NCBI RefSeq assembly: GCF_001194135.2 | Contig: NC_068984.1 | Location: 92,424,064-92,488,063 of the forward strand | Length of the DNA stretch: 64,000 nucleotides | DNA from: Octopus bimaculoides | Taxonomy: Eukaryota | Direction: 5' to 3' | Part shown: positions 1 through 11,949 of the stretch, piece by piece | How positions within the stretch are numbered: position 1 is the stretch's first letter | Layout: each line of letters opens with the position of its first letter | Made by a program: the position numbers and the translations under genes | The notes under the pieces: model-generated | The model's input: the letters and a program-made list of their open reading frames with translations, nothing else | Told to the model about the DNA's origin: nothing | Database searches by the model: none

Positions 1-951
1 GGGATGAAATATAAAAGTTGCTAGAAACAACAGCCAAATCTCCCTTAAATCACACAAAGTAAACGGAATCTAAAAAATCTAATTACTGCACTGGAAAGTT
101 CAGATCGAGAAAATTCCATTGACGTAAAAATTTTTACGAAAAAGTGGAAAATGTGGATTTCTATAAACATTCAAAAAGGCTTCACACAAACACACAATTT
201 CAGATTTATATATTAAGATATATATATATATTTAGCTGAATATTTATAGAGATGAGTATCATGTTTCCAATACTGGAGCTATATTTAGAATAAAAAAAGA
301 AAATTCTCCGCTTTTCTTTCAAACATTCAATTTTGGAGAGAATTTTTCGTCTCTGCTGCTATAGCAGAACTTCCATTCCATCTCGACTTTCCTATTTCCA
401 CTGGTTGCCTTGTATCTCTCTGGTATTTATATAGGATGCTTGCATGTTTGAGATTCGTATTCCGTCTCTGCTTGAAGACGCGTTCGGTATGATCGAGCGC
501 TTCGCATTTATAATTTGCTGCCATCGACTATCCAGCGCAGAAACATGTATAACAGATGAAATACAAAAATACCAAATTTATGTCTCATATTTTTCTCTCG
601 TAATAAATGTACCCTTTATATTACGTAATAGCCCTATACATGTCACATAGAACCGTATTAGATTACGCATCAGAGATAGTTTACGGTAATTTTGTCGGCT
701 CAAGTATACTCATTTCCTCTTTGATATTTGTAAGTCTGTGTGTGTCAATATCAATACTCTTTGTTGTCCGTTATAGACGAACTGAGTACATGGAACAGCT
801 GGTCGTCGATGCGAATATCCTCTCTCTCCACTCCATTGATGTTGTTTGAGGAAAAGGCAAAGTTAATACGGTTTGGCACCAGCGTCGTTCAGGCGGTGCC
901 ATCAGGACGATAAGAGCTGAATTAATACCGCAAGACATTTCGCCTAAATTG

Positions 952-980
952 AGATAGATAGATAGGTACGTAGAAAGATT

Positions 981-1050
<70 letters not shown>
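952..1050. repeat. (GATA)n microsatellite
   Basis: Direct tetranucleotide run. Confidence 0.95.
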
Positions 1051-1051
<1 letters not shown>

Positions 1052-1452
1052 TTTTAAAACTCTGTCAAACAACTTCAGAAACCTGCAAGGTGTACAAGAG
1101 CATCTAGACAAATTTTTGTCTGAGATATGAGATGAACCTACACAAAACACAAAAAAATGAGCAGTTGTGTCCACCTCACTACTTCACCAGAAATAATTTT
1201 GGAGAGAGAGCTGGAAATTAAAGGAGAAATAAAAAAAGTCAATCACAATAAAGGTGGTGCTCGGAGGGGCAGAGCCTCTGGCTGAAACAAGTAAAATAAG
1301 GGTATAAAGTAAAATATTAAATAATGCATGCATGCATACGTACGTACGTGTGTGTGTGAGAGAGAGAGAGATATTAGCGTCGCAACAGTATTAGTACCGA
1401 AAATCAATCTGTATATCTTATTTAGATATACTAATAGAGAGCCATAGATATA

Positions 1453-2026
1453 CACAAACATGCAGAAAGTAAATAGATACCTTTAATTTTCAAAATTTCT
1501 GATCTATGCGTTTTAATGTTTTCAGCAGTGTAGAATTTACAATGTAATTATGCTTTTTCGTTCCAGGTGCCATTATATTAAACATTTGCGAAGAGTAACC
1601 ATGCCACGCACAAAAAATTCAGCAGAACTGTCAGATTTTCAAAGAGGTTGTATTGTTGGGCAATCTGAGGCTGGTCTCAGCCAGCGAAAAATTGCCGAAA
1701 ATCTTCAAATTCCTCTCGCTACTGTTAATAGAATTATAGTGCAATTAAAAAGCCAAGGAAAAGACTCAAGAGATTTTCATCCCGGCCGAGCTGGGCCCTC
1801 GGAAAGGAAGCTTCGCTGTTTGAAGAGAATTGAAAAACGAACCCCGTTCGAAGGCTTCTGACATTGCAAAACAGCTAGAAGTTAGTCCAAGAACGTGTGT
1901 TACATATCTGCATAAGCTTGGGTATGATGGACGAGCAGCTAGAAGAAAACCTCTCCTTCAACCAATTAATATCAAATAAAAGATTTTGAAAATTAATGGT
2001 GTCTATTTACTTCCTGCATGTCTGTG
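1453..2026 (+). mobile_element. Internally deleted Tc1-like transposon (574 bp) retaining the N-terminal HTH region
   Basis: About 45-bp imperfect TIRs (cacaaacatgcagaaagtaaatagatacc / ggtgtctatttacttcctgcatgtctgtg) with TA on both sides; ORF from ATG 1601 [27 protein letters not shown], frameshifted into ..YLHKLGYDGRAARRKPLL; no DDE domain. Confidence 0.88.
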
Positions 2027-2789
2027 TATAGTGCTAAATTACGTGATTTATGCATATTTGCGCGTCATTCACACTGCTTTTCAGTGCTAATAATGTTACC
2101 GTCTCTAATAACGAATTTTTTATCCCATCCGCCAGTTATTTGCGACACCGATGACTACCTATCAGTAGAAGGAAAATTTGTCTAAGCATGCAGTGATAGT
2201 AGATACTACCGATGATGTACAAATGTGCAGAAGCCACGTGATCTATCAATTCCACCACCACTAGTTGACCTTTTTCGACTGCTACTGGTACTTCTGTACT
2301 TTTTATTACTATACGTCTGTAGGAAATGACTTCTCAAGACGAATACCGCAGTATTGTGACTATCTATCAATACATTTATATGAAGTACAGAGTGTTCGGG
2401 CTACACTTAAGCATTTTTATGTTTCTTATTTCAAGAACAGCTTGATGTATTGGTAAACAGTTAACGGCGTTAGAGAACATAAAGACTATAGTTGTAGTTG
2501 CGAAAAAGTTAGCTGACGTAGAGGACTGGAAGCCATCTAAATATTAGGAAAGAATTACCAGTATCACGATACTTGAGCTGGGTATCAAAATGCCGACATC
2601 ATGACTACTGCTTAATACGTTATGAACACTACAAAGGTTGTAAGATGTGACATGAACAGTTGCAACGGAGACTACTAAGCCATGGCCAGCAGGAAGGGAC
2701 ACAGCACGCGTTCTAATTGTATCTGTTCGCTGTAATTCATCCTGTAACTGATGATTAGGGCCTTAGCCTTAATTCAGACAGTTATATGA

Positions 2790-3284
2790 AGCTACTGGAG
2801 ACTGTGGTTAATCGTCGGCTGGAGAGGGTTGCTGCTGGAAGGTCATGTGTGGGACAGCAGGAATTGGGTCCTTACAATACCACCGAAAAGAGTCAGAAGT
2901 GGTTGTCAGAGAATTTCTACTTCTCCAGCCCCAATTTCTGGCCTCTAAATTTCCCCGATTGTAATCCCATGGATTACCATGTGTGGGGTGCGGTTGAGAG
3001 AGACACCAACCGCTCTGTCTGCAACACCAAGGTTGAGCTGATGACCAAAATCAGGGAAGTGTTCGAAGATTTTCCAATAGACACAATGAAGAATACATGC
3101 ACTAGGATCCAGTCTGTCTTGAGGCCGTGGTGTAAGCTGAGGGCGGTTACTTGGAGTACACTGTTATCTTCCTGCCATAATTTAGTTGGTACTTTTTGAA
3201 TTTTTAAAATACTTTATTTTTGGATAGGAGATTGTGTTTGCTTTTCCTTTTATGCAAACTGCTAAATTTAGCCCGAATAACCTG
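2790..3284 (+). mobile_element. Tc1/mariner-superfamily (maT/DD37D-like) transposase C-terminal fragment with right TIR
   Basis: FWPLNFPDCNPMDYHVWGAVE resembles WPPxSPDLNPLDYxVWG; ends in aatttagcccgaataacctg|ta, a TIR-like end. Confidence 0.7.
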
Positions 3285-3530
3285 TACAAATTTGAGTGTA
3301 TGTATGTGTGTGTGTGTGTCTGTGTGTCTGTGTGTGCATGCGAGAGAGAGATTTTTGTATCTGTGTTTTTGTGTGTATGTGTGCACACGCGTGTGTGTGC
3401 GTGTATGTGTGTGGATGTATAGCGATATAAGCAATAGTGCATTTTGCACCAAAAATCAATACGAGTGTTTCTCTTGTGGTATTTACCGCAGTATAGGGTG
3501 TTCTAACAGAACATCCACGTTTAATTGGGC

Positions 3531-3559
<29 letters not shown>

Positions 3560-3561
<2 letters not shown>

Positions 3562-5700
3562 CATGATGGTGGCCGTCCACTCGTGACCGAGGAAAACCAT
3601 TGCCGACCTTCAGGAACATTGTGCACTCTAGGACTAACTTATAATTTGCATTTGCGACTCCATTGGTGGCTAATGAGTCCTGCTCTTGACAAGCATACAC
3701 GACTGCAAACATTGCAGATTAAGCTTTCCCCATTCACTATACGAGCCGTGCGCTTTCGTGCAGCTCGCTTGAGTTCTTCATGCTGGATACGTGCTCTCTC
3801 AAAAGTGTCGATCCCCTCCTTAACCTGCTTCCTCCATCTGTGGTGATGACAGGCATTGTTCTCCTAGTCGGTGTCCTGCATATCACAGGCCTTTAATGAG
3901 GACTTGACACAGTCCTTAAATCGCAGCCTTGGTTTCTGCCGCAGTCTCCTTCCATTCACAAGTTCTCCATATAGCATCTGCTTAGGAATCCTGCTATCCT
4001 TCATTCTAATAAGGTGTCCAGTCCATCGTAACCGTTGCCTGTGCACCATTGCCTCAATACTCAAGACATCAACTGTCCTCAGGACCTGTGTGCCTGGAAT
4101 TTTTGAGGTCCAGCCAATATTGAGAATGTGTCTGAGACATCTCTGATGAAAGCGTTCAAGGACCCTTACCTGACGTTTGTACAGAGTCCATGTCTCACAT
4201 GAGTAGAGGAGTGATGTCAGTACACATGCACGGTACACAGCAACTTTTGTTTGCCTTGCGATGCCATGCTGGGACCAGACACGAGACTGAAGATACCGGA
4301 AGGAATTAGTTGCTTTCTGCAACCTGAAAGATATTTCCTCATCCAGGGAGCAAGAACGGCTGGGTGTACTGCCCAGGTAGATAAACTTGTCTACTACCTT
4401 CAGAATTGTTCCTTCAACCAAAATAGCTGGTTTCACATATGGATTTCCTGGTGCAGGCTGGAACATTACAACAGTCTTGTCCAGGCTAATGCTAAGTTCA
4501 AATGCCTTGCAAGAAGCNNNNNNNNNNNNNNNNNNNNNNNNNNNNNNNNNNNNNNNNNNNNNNNNNNNNNNNNNNNNNNNNNNNNNNNNNNNNNNNNNNN
4601 NNNNNNNNNNNNNNNNNNNNNNNNNNNNNNNNNNNNNNNNNNNNNNNNNNNNNNNNNNNNNNNNNNNNNNNNNNNNNNNNNNNNNNNNNNNNNNNNNNNN
4701 NNNNNNNNNNNNNNNNNNNNNNNNNNNNNNNNNNNNNNNNNNNNNNNNNNNNNNNNNNNNNNNNNNNNNNNNNNNNNNNNNNNNNNNNNNNNNNNNNNNN
4801 NNNNNNNNNNNNNNNNNNNNNNNNNNNNNNNNNNNNNNNNNNNNNNNNNNNNNNNNNNNNNNNNNNNNNNNNNNNNNNNNNNNNNNNNNNNNNNNNNNNN
4901 NNNNNNNNNNNNNNNNNNNNNNNNNNNNNNNNNNNNNNNNNNNNNNNNNNNNNNNNNNNNNNNNNNNNNNNNNNNNNNNNNNNNNNNNNNNNNNNNNNNN
5001 NNNNNNNNNNNNNNNNNNNNNNNNNNNNNNNNNNNNNNNNNNNNNNNNNNNNNNNNNNNNNNNNNNNNNNNNNNNNNNNNNNNNNNNNNNNNNNNNNNNN
5101 NNNNNNNNNNNNNNNNNNNNNNNNNNNNNNNNNNNNNNNNNNNNNNNNNNNNNNNNNNNNNNNNNNNNNNNNNNNNNNNNNNNNNNNNNNNNNNNNNNNN
5201 NNNNNNNNNNNNNNNNNNNNNNNNNNNNNNNNNNNNNNNNNNNNNNNNNNNNNNNNNNNNNNNNNNNNNNNNNNNNNNNNNNNNNNNNNNNNNNNNNNNN
5301 NNNNNNNNNNNNNNNNNNNNNNNNNNNNNNNNNNNNNNNNNNNNNNNNNNNNNNNNNNNNNNNNNNNNNNNNNNNNNNNNNNNTGTTGCATAGTATCAAT
5401 CACTGTTTCATCCACAACTGACTCATGGTTTAGGAGTTCAGAGAAGTGTGACCTGTGATTTCTGTCGATTTAGTAAACAGGGTGGAAGACTCCTTGGAAA
5501 GCAAAGGAGCTGATGTGGAGCTCTTAAGTCCATAAGCTCGCTTCATAAGATGGTAAAGCTTCTTGCTGTCATTTGCATCAGCAGCAGCCTGAACATCACA
5601 AGCAAGATCCTCCCACCAAGTGTTCTGCATCTTCCTGAGAGATCGCTGCAGTAGTGATTTTACACTGTTATAGTGGGCAAGTGCTAGACTTCGCTGCACA
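3560..5700 (-). mobile_element. 5'-truncated RTE-clade (BovB-like) LINE with an N-gap inside the RT
   Basis: ORF 3864-4517 VVDKFIYLGS..LLYSCETWT..LERFHQRCLRHIL..LRWTGH..PKQMLYGEL; C-terminal CNVC..GLISH finger near 3660-3720; EN-RT linker at 5430-5700. Confidence 0.9.
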
Positions 5701-5749
5701 GTAGACATACATATATATAGGTGCATACCCATTTACATGTATACACACA

Positions 5750-5985
5750 TAAACACGGTGCACTAAGCCACTCATAACTATAGCTACATGTTGATTGATG
5801 GCTGTCCACTCGTGATCGAGGAAGATCATCACTGAAAACTGTGCCCTCATACAAATTTACACTGTACAGTTCTGGTTTCGCTGATGACTAATGACCCCAG
5901 TTCTTGGTAAACTTACATGTCCGCAGATTTTGCAGACCAATCTTTACTACACTGACGGTGTGTTTTCGAGCTGCTCGCTTAAATT
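5750..5985 (-). mobile_element. 3' end of a second, related RTE copy
   Basis: gtccactcgtgatcgaggaaga matches gtccactcgtgaccgaggaaaa at about 3575; encodes degenerate KRAARK..CKICGH..GVISH. Confidence 0.7.
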
Positions 5986-6602
5986 CTACACGAAAATACA
6001 CTTTTTACTTTTACGAAAATACTCACTTCTTTGTTTCCTCCATTGGTGTCGATGAATAGCATTACTTCTCCAGCAGACCAACCGATTCCCGCAATATATA
6101 TATNNNNNNNNNNNNNNNNNNNNNNNNNNNNNNNNNNNNNNNNNNNNNNNNNNNNNNNNNNNNNNNNNNNNNNNNNNNNNNNNNNNNNNNNNNNNNNNNN
6201 NNNNNNNNNNNNNNNNNNNNNNNNNNNNNNNNNNNNNNNNNNNNNNNNNNNNNNNNNNNNNNNNNNNNNNNNNNNNNNNNNNNNNNNNNNNNNNNNNNNN
6301 NNNNNNNNNNNNNNNNNNNNNNNNNNNNNNNNNNNNNNNNNNNNNNNNNNNNNNNNNNNNNNNNNNNNNNNNNNNNNNNNNNNNNNNNNNNNNNNNNNNN
6401 NNNNNNNNNNNNNNNNNNNNNNNNNNNNNNNNNNNNNNNNNNNNNNNNNNNNNNNNNNNNNNNNNNNNNNNNNNNNNNNNNNNNNNNNNNNNNNNNNNNN
6501 NNNNNNNNNNNNNNNNNNNNNNNNNNNNNNNNNNNNNNNNNNNNNNNNNNNNNNNNNNNNNNNNNNNNNNNNNNNNNNNNNNNNNNNNNNNNNNNNNNNN
6601 NN

Positions 6603-6635
<33 letters not shown>

Positions 6636-8870
6636 TTCTTCCATGTTTATCAGCTCCAAATATCTACAATATAAATTAATTTTATTAAGTCTCACAACAT
6701 AAAGTTATATTTTAATTCCCAGAAAAGTTAAATAAGCCCACTGGCTGCATCTGATAAATATATTCTTTTACTCTTTTACTAGTTTCCACAACAGTCACAG
6801 CCAGAGAACAATTTTCAAGGATTTAGTTGAGTACCTTCAATCCCTATACTTTGTCTGATGCATTATATTATGGACCTCGTGAAATGATTATTGAACGAGT
6901 TAATGAGATATAATGAAGGATGTAAGGAGCCAGTTATCACAAGGTACTTTATAGACACACGAGTTTTGGCATCTCCCTCTAATATGCACCCAACGGCAGT
7001 TTACATAGTCTCTGTCAATCAATTTTTCATTCAGAAACTAGGCTATAGCAGAAACCTTTTCGCAAGGTGCAACGAGATGAAATCAATGGTAGTTTTAGTA
7101 GCACAAGAAGTAGCAGTACTAACTGCTGTTGTTATTTGTGTTGCGGAAACAGCAGCAGTACCACTTGTTCCCACGCATTTAGTAGAAGCAGCGTTATTGG
7201 ATATTTATGTTCGTTCCATAGTAGCAGGAAGATTGTAATGCATGCTGGAATCAAATTATAAATAATCGATTAGGCTTCCATTTTTTCGTAATGCATGCTT
7301 ATCTGTTCTGCTGAGTTGTTTATATAATTAATTCTTAAATACTATCTAACCCTAGTTTTCACCATTACCATCACTATTTTTATATAGCAAGTATAATAAA
7401 TGACACGACAATGCAAAAAAATAAATTAGCAATATCAATTTTCATAGCATTTATGACTGCTTTAGACATCATATACTGTATATTATTTCTGAATATCAAC
7501 ACTGTGTATGTCTGAATTCAAGCAATTTCAAATATCAATTTGAAAAATCCTAAGGAATCGACAATAACATTGCAGCAAAAACGAAGTTAGTAGTGTTTTT
7601 AATCAACATAACAAACTGTATCAGGACCCCTTAAAAGAATAGATTTGGGCTTTGACGTAATAGAATCTGAGTAAAAATTAAAATAACGCATGTAAACAGG
7701 TTATTATGAAGTTCTTTGACTGCACAATTGCAAGTTTTACTAATTGTACTGTGAAACAATTACTCTGTTACTATCTTGTCTGCTGGGCACATATATACAA
7801 GAGAACATTTTGCCTATAGAAACAATACCTCGCTTACAGTGAGATACGAACTTGCGACTCAGGAAGCTTGGCACCTTATGCATTCTGCTAATACTTCACA
7901 ATCTTAGAATACTGAATTTGTTAAATCTTTCCCTTCATAAGCCTTTTAATTTCCAAAATACAAGCTCTTCCGCTACCCAGCAACATTCAACATCTTTGCT
8001 ATCTTACTGTGTTAAAATACAAATTTTATCACTATTGATTTTAGCTGTACCGCAATTCAGTCTTATTTCGCAAGCCTAAGAGAAATCAATTGATTAGGAA
8101 TCAATACTTCTTACGACCTCCAACGACTGAATTATTAATGTAAAGGGGATGTATTTAGATATACTTGATCTTGTACTGTGAATGTTATAAGAGTTGTTAA
8201 GATATATCTGGTAGAGAAGTGAGAAGTAAAGACTATAAAACTACACCGAAAATAAACAATGTATTTTGTTTGAATGCTGGCCCTCTGATTGTATGCAAAT
8301 AAACTATGTTCGACCTTCATATGTAACTGAATACAATTGAAGTTCTACTTAACAAAAGTTCTTGAGCTACTTAAGAAAAATTACTTCTCAGAATAAGAAT
8401 AATTTCTGTGTTTCATTTGTTAATACTAGACATGATACTAGTAACTAGTAACAGCGCTAGGCCAGAAAAATCGTGGGCATTGACCGAGCTCATAAAATTT
8501 AATCAGTTCGTAAAATTTGATCTTAATTAAAGCCCGAACATACCTCTTTCATACTGGGTTCGTGGTTCTATTTTTGCAGGAAGAAATCACGTTTTTCTCG
8601 AAGTATTTCTTTGGAAGACCTCTCAAATATGTCTTTATAATGTGGTTATTCAGCTTCAGTTGTTAAACAGGAATATGCGAATAAGTTGAGTATAAAATAT
8701 CTTACTTCAGTTTGAAGTTTGTTTCCTCTGTCTTTATTTTGGGTAATATTAGGTCGTCAACTATGAACTTTGTAGAAAAGGAAAAAAATACAGTTCTATA
8801 TTTAAGAGATGAGGAATTAATATACATTATTTACATATGACGGATATTTGTCCTCATCTTGTTTGTTGTT

Positions 8871-8916
8871 AACACAACGTTTCGGCTGATATACCCTCCA
8901 GCCTTCATCAGGTGCC
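8871..8916 (-). ncRNA. Minimal type I hammerhead ribozyme motif, core intact
   Basis: Minus strand GGCAC-CUGAUGA-A-GGCUG(gaggguauau)CAGCC-GAAA-C-GUU-GUGUU; stem II 5 bp, palindromic stem III ACGU, GUU cleavage triplet. Confidence 0.8.
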
Positions 8917-8991
8917 CACGGGCATATGGCGTAGTGGTTAAGATCGCAGGCTACTAAGCCCAAGATTCCGAGTTCGATTCCAGGCAGTGAT

Positions 8992-9035
<44 letters not shown>

Positions 9036-9037
<2 letters not shown>

Positions 9038-9644
9038 GCCCGGATGCAGTACTAGGCAGTGGCTCTCATGGCTTCTGATCTTCATTGATTAGAAGTGTTA
9101 TCATGTACATTGTTCTGTCTTGGTATAAAAGATGGGCTACAGCAAATATTCTGCTTAATACCACAGATTTATTTGTCAGTTGTTTGACCTTAACCAGTTG
9201 AGTATGTCCCTTTGTGGCTGAGGATATGTGCATTTATGATCATGAGCAGAAGTAGTGGGGGAGCATCATAGCCATGTATTGAGAGGAATTCTTTGGGGTT
9301 TGAATAATTCACCTTTGGAAACACGGGTGTTTTGCTCAACATCCTTAAACAAACCTTATTCAGGGACCTTTTGAGCGGGATGGGCTACTCAACCTGAAGA
9401 AAATTCTAACTNNNNNNNNNNNNNNNNNNNNNNNNNNNNNNNNNNNNNNNNNNNNNNNNNNNNNNNNNNNNNNNNNNNNNNNNNNNNNNNNNNNNNNNNN
9501 NNNNNNNNNNNNCATGTCGCGCACATATGGTTGTGATGCATGTGCCTGGTGTACCCTTATCAGACGGGTAGTCATGATGGGTATAATGAGCTTCGTATTT
9601 TTTACCCCAGTGTCACTTTGATGGCATGCACTGCTCTCTCACTC
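9036..9644 (+). mobile_element. Unclassified short repeat inserted into the (AAT)n tract of the SINE (contains N-gap 9412-9512)
   Basis: Bounded by (AAT)n on both sides (8995-9035, 9645-9700); no ORF. Confidence 0.55.
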
Positions 9645-9702
<58 letters not shown>

Positions 9703-9749
9703 TCGAAAAATACCTTAGGAATGAGAACCCAGGTTCGAAATTTCCCCAA

Positions 9750-9795
9750 GACACCTGATGAAGGCTGGAGGGTATATCAACCGAAACGCTGTGTT
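9750..9795 (+). ncRNA. Hammerhead motif, mutated copy (U16.1 to C, stem II G to A)
   Basis: gacac-ctgatga-a-ggctg..caacc-gaaa-c-gct-gtgtt. Confidence 0.65.
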
Positions 9796-11949
9796 AACAA
9801 CAAACAAGATGAGGACAAATATCCGTCAAATGTAAATAATGTAAATAAGGAAAAAAAGTTTTTCTAATGCTTTATAAATACAAGGAATAGTTTTATTTAT
9901 CAAAGTATGCACCCATATTGTCAATACAATTTTGCCGTATCAACGGTAACTTGTACAGCCCGGAAATGTAAAAGCCTGGCAATCTAGAATCAATAAAATC
10001 TTGGAAGGCCTGTTTTACAGCATCGTTGAAATTAAATTTTTTTCCTATCAAAAAGTTATCCAAATTCTGGAAGAAGAGATAGTCAGTAGGGGCAAGATCA
10101 TGTGAGTATGGTGGATGATGGAGAACTTCCAACTTCAACCCCTATAGTTTCACCAATGTCATTTTTGCGATGTGTGGTCTGGCGTTGTCTTGCAGTAAAA
10201 TAGGAGTGGATCTGTTGACTAATCTAGGTTGTTTTTTCTAAATTTCTACATCATTTGGTCCAGTTGGCTGCAGTATACTTCGGCCGTGATTGATGAGCTA
10301 GGTTTAATGAAATCAATGGATCAGACCTGCTCTAGACCACCAAACACACAACGTCAGCTTCTTTAGATGAATTTTGCTTTTTGGACTGTGTTTTGGTGGT
10401 TCGTCTTTGTCCAACCTTTGTGCTGAGCGTGTAAGGTTGATGTATTGGATCCATTTCTCATCACTGTTATAATTCGATTCCAAAATGATTCATTTTTGTG
10501 ACGAGAAAGTAGCATAATGCTGGCTTCCAAACATTGCAATTTCTGATTTTCATTGAGTTCATGTGGAACCTACTTATCCAACTTTTTCGCTTAACCAATT
10601 TGAACTAGGTGAGTCAATATTGTTTGCTTGCTAACACCAAACAGCAACAATAATTCACGGTCACTTTGAGATGGATTTGACTCGACAGTGGCTTTCAGTT
10701 TGACATTATCTACCTTTGTTTCTGGTCGACCGCGCTGCTCATTTGTGAGGTCAAAGTTACCGGAATAAAATTTTGCAAACCAATTTGATACTATCTGCTG
10801 TGTAATAACATTAGAATGAAATACTCTATTAATATTCCGAGCTGTCTGTGATGCTGTATTTCCAAGAAAGAACTCATATTTCAAAATTGTACGAATTTCC
10901 GACTTATCCATCTCTAAACAAAAATAGCAAAAAACGATTTATAAATACTTTATAAAACGCAAAATGAGTTAGAATAAAGAAATAGATGTGTCAGCTTTCT
11001 AACAAAAACTTAAGATTGTCAAAATATAATAATGACGCAAAACGAGCAGTTGATAAAATTTACGATATGCCTTACTACAAATTTCATACTTGACGACCTA
11101 TCTATTAGGTTTCTCCACATTTTTGCATTCGATATTTTCCATATACACCGAATAAAAATCAATCGATTTTCAACTGACCAGTGAACACTTTAGCGTCATT
11201 TAGTCTGATTAGTGCTAATGTAAGTCCACTCATTTTACTGTCATCTTACTGGAGTCACTTTGTAATCTTGTATCTCAATTTTATATCCTTGCCATTTATG
11301 AGCGCGCATTTTCTGTCTACTGTTCTGTTGCTTTCTTGATAGGTTACCTCACCACTGTTCACCAGTCGTAAACTAAATGGTTGCCATCTCCCTTGTTTCT
11401 TTACAAGCTAAGCTTGTTTTATTTTGTCATCCCAATTTACGTCTCCCATTGGTTCTTATATTTTACTTCAATGTACTACCACAAGGATACGAGGCAAGGG
11501 AGGTGGTTGATTCTAGAAAAGCTTAAATTTTCGCACAAAAGATCGAACGGTTCGCAGAAATGCGGTTCAAATCTTGCATGTGATTCCTGTTACGTAGTGT
11601 TTTTCTAGGTAAGCTTTTTGCATTCTCAAAAGATTGAAGAGTTATCTACGCAATACTATAGCTTGATTACATCATTCATTGGCTTCATCATCTTTTATGT
11701 TCAGTTGTTTATTCGTGCAGAATCCCTAATTATTGTTATTTGGTATTCCTTTTGCTTACTCTCTTTCTTTGTACGCAAATCTTGTCTGTTTGGTTAGTGC
11801 ATTAAATATACAGAGATTACCCAAAGCCTGAGTCTTTGGTTCTTACTATCTGTCAGAGATCGTTTTCTGAACAAACCGAAAACGGCACTTGAGCATGTAT
11901 TTGCTAATATGGCCTTTTTCGATCAGTTACGTGCATACGAATGCTTTGG

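Larger units (their letters stand above)
8789..9846 (+). mobile_element. Composite SINE-like retroposon: inverted HHR arm, tRNA-like head, (AAT)n, nested repeat, (AAT)n, HHR-bearing tail
   Basis: Flanked by the 11-bp direct repeat aaggaaaaaaa (8778-8788, 9847-9857); A box tggcgtagtgg 8927-8937; B box gagttcgattcc 8970-8981; 92-bp inverted arms 8823-8914 and 9752-9843 with 3 mismatches. Confidence 0.8.
8749..11101 (-). mobile_element. Mariner (DD34D, Mos1/Hsmar1-like) pseudogene interrupted by an approximately 1.06-kb insertion
   Basis: TIRs ttaggtcgtcaactatgaactttgtag (8749) and ctacaaatttcatacttgacgaccta (to 11100); ORF pieces MDKSEIRTILKYEF..WFAKF..GRP and HPPYSHDLAPTDY. Removing the insertion and one TSD copy leaves about 1284 bp, the canonical mariner size. 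Confidence 0.9.

Noticed and set aside
607-849. Hydrophobic 80-aa ORF as a membrane-protein exon
   Set aside because: No recognisable motif or splice context; hydrophobic ORFs are common by chance in AT-rich DNA.
860-912. ctgatggcacc..ggtgccaaaccgta (minus strand) as a hammerhead
   Set aside because: A9 and G12 are missing; only a GC hairpin is supported.
2745-2785. ctgatga plus hairpin ttagggc/gccttaa
   Set aside because: No GAAA follows the stem.
3864-6702. Long ORFs rich in X in the ORF track (also 15957-16438 and 38749-39468)
   Set aside because: Artefacts of reading through N-gaps; only the RTE portion 3864-4517 is real.
6891-7238. 115-aa Val/Ala-rich ORF
   Set aside because: Driven by low-complexity (agc/agt/gtt) repeats; no family resemblance.
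8920-8990. Functional tRNA gene
   Set aside because: A/B boxes are present but there is no acceptor-stem closure or T-run terminator; it is a SINE head.
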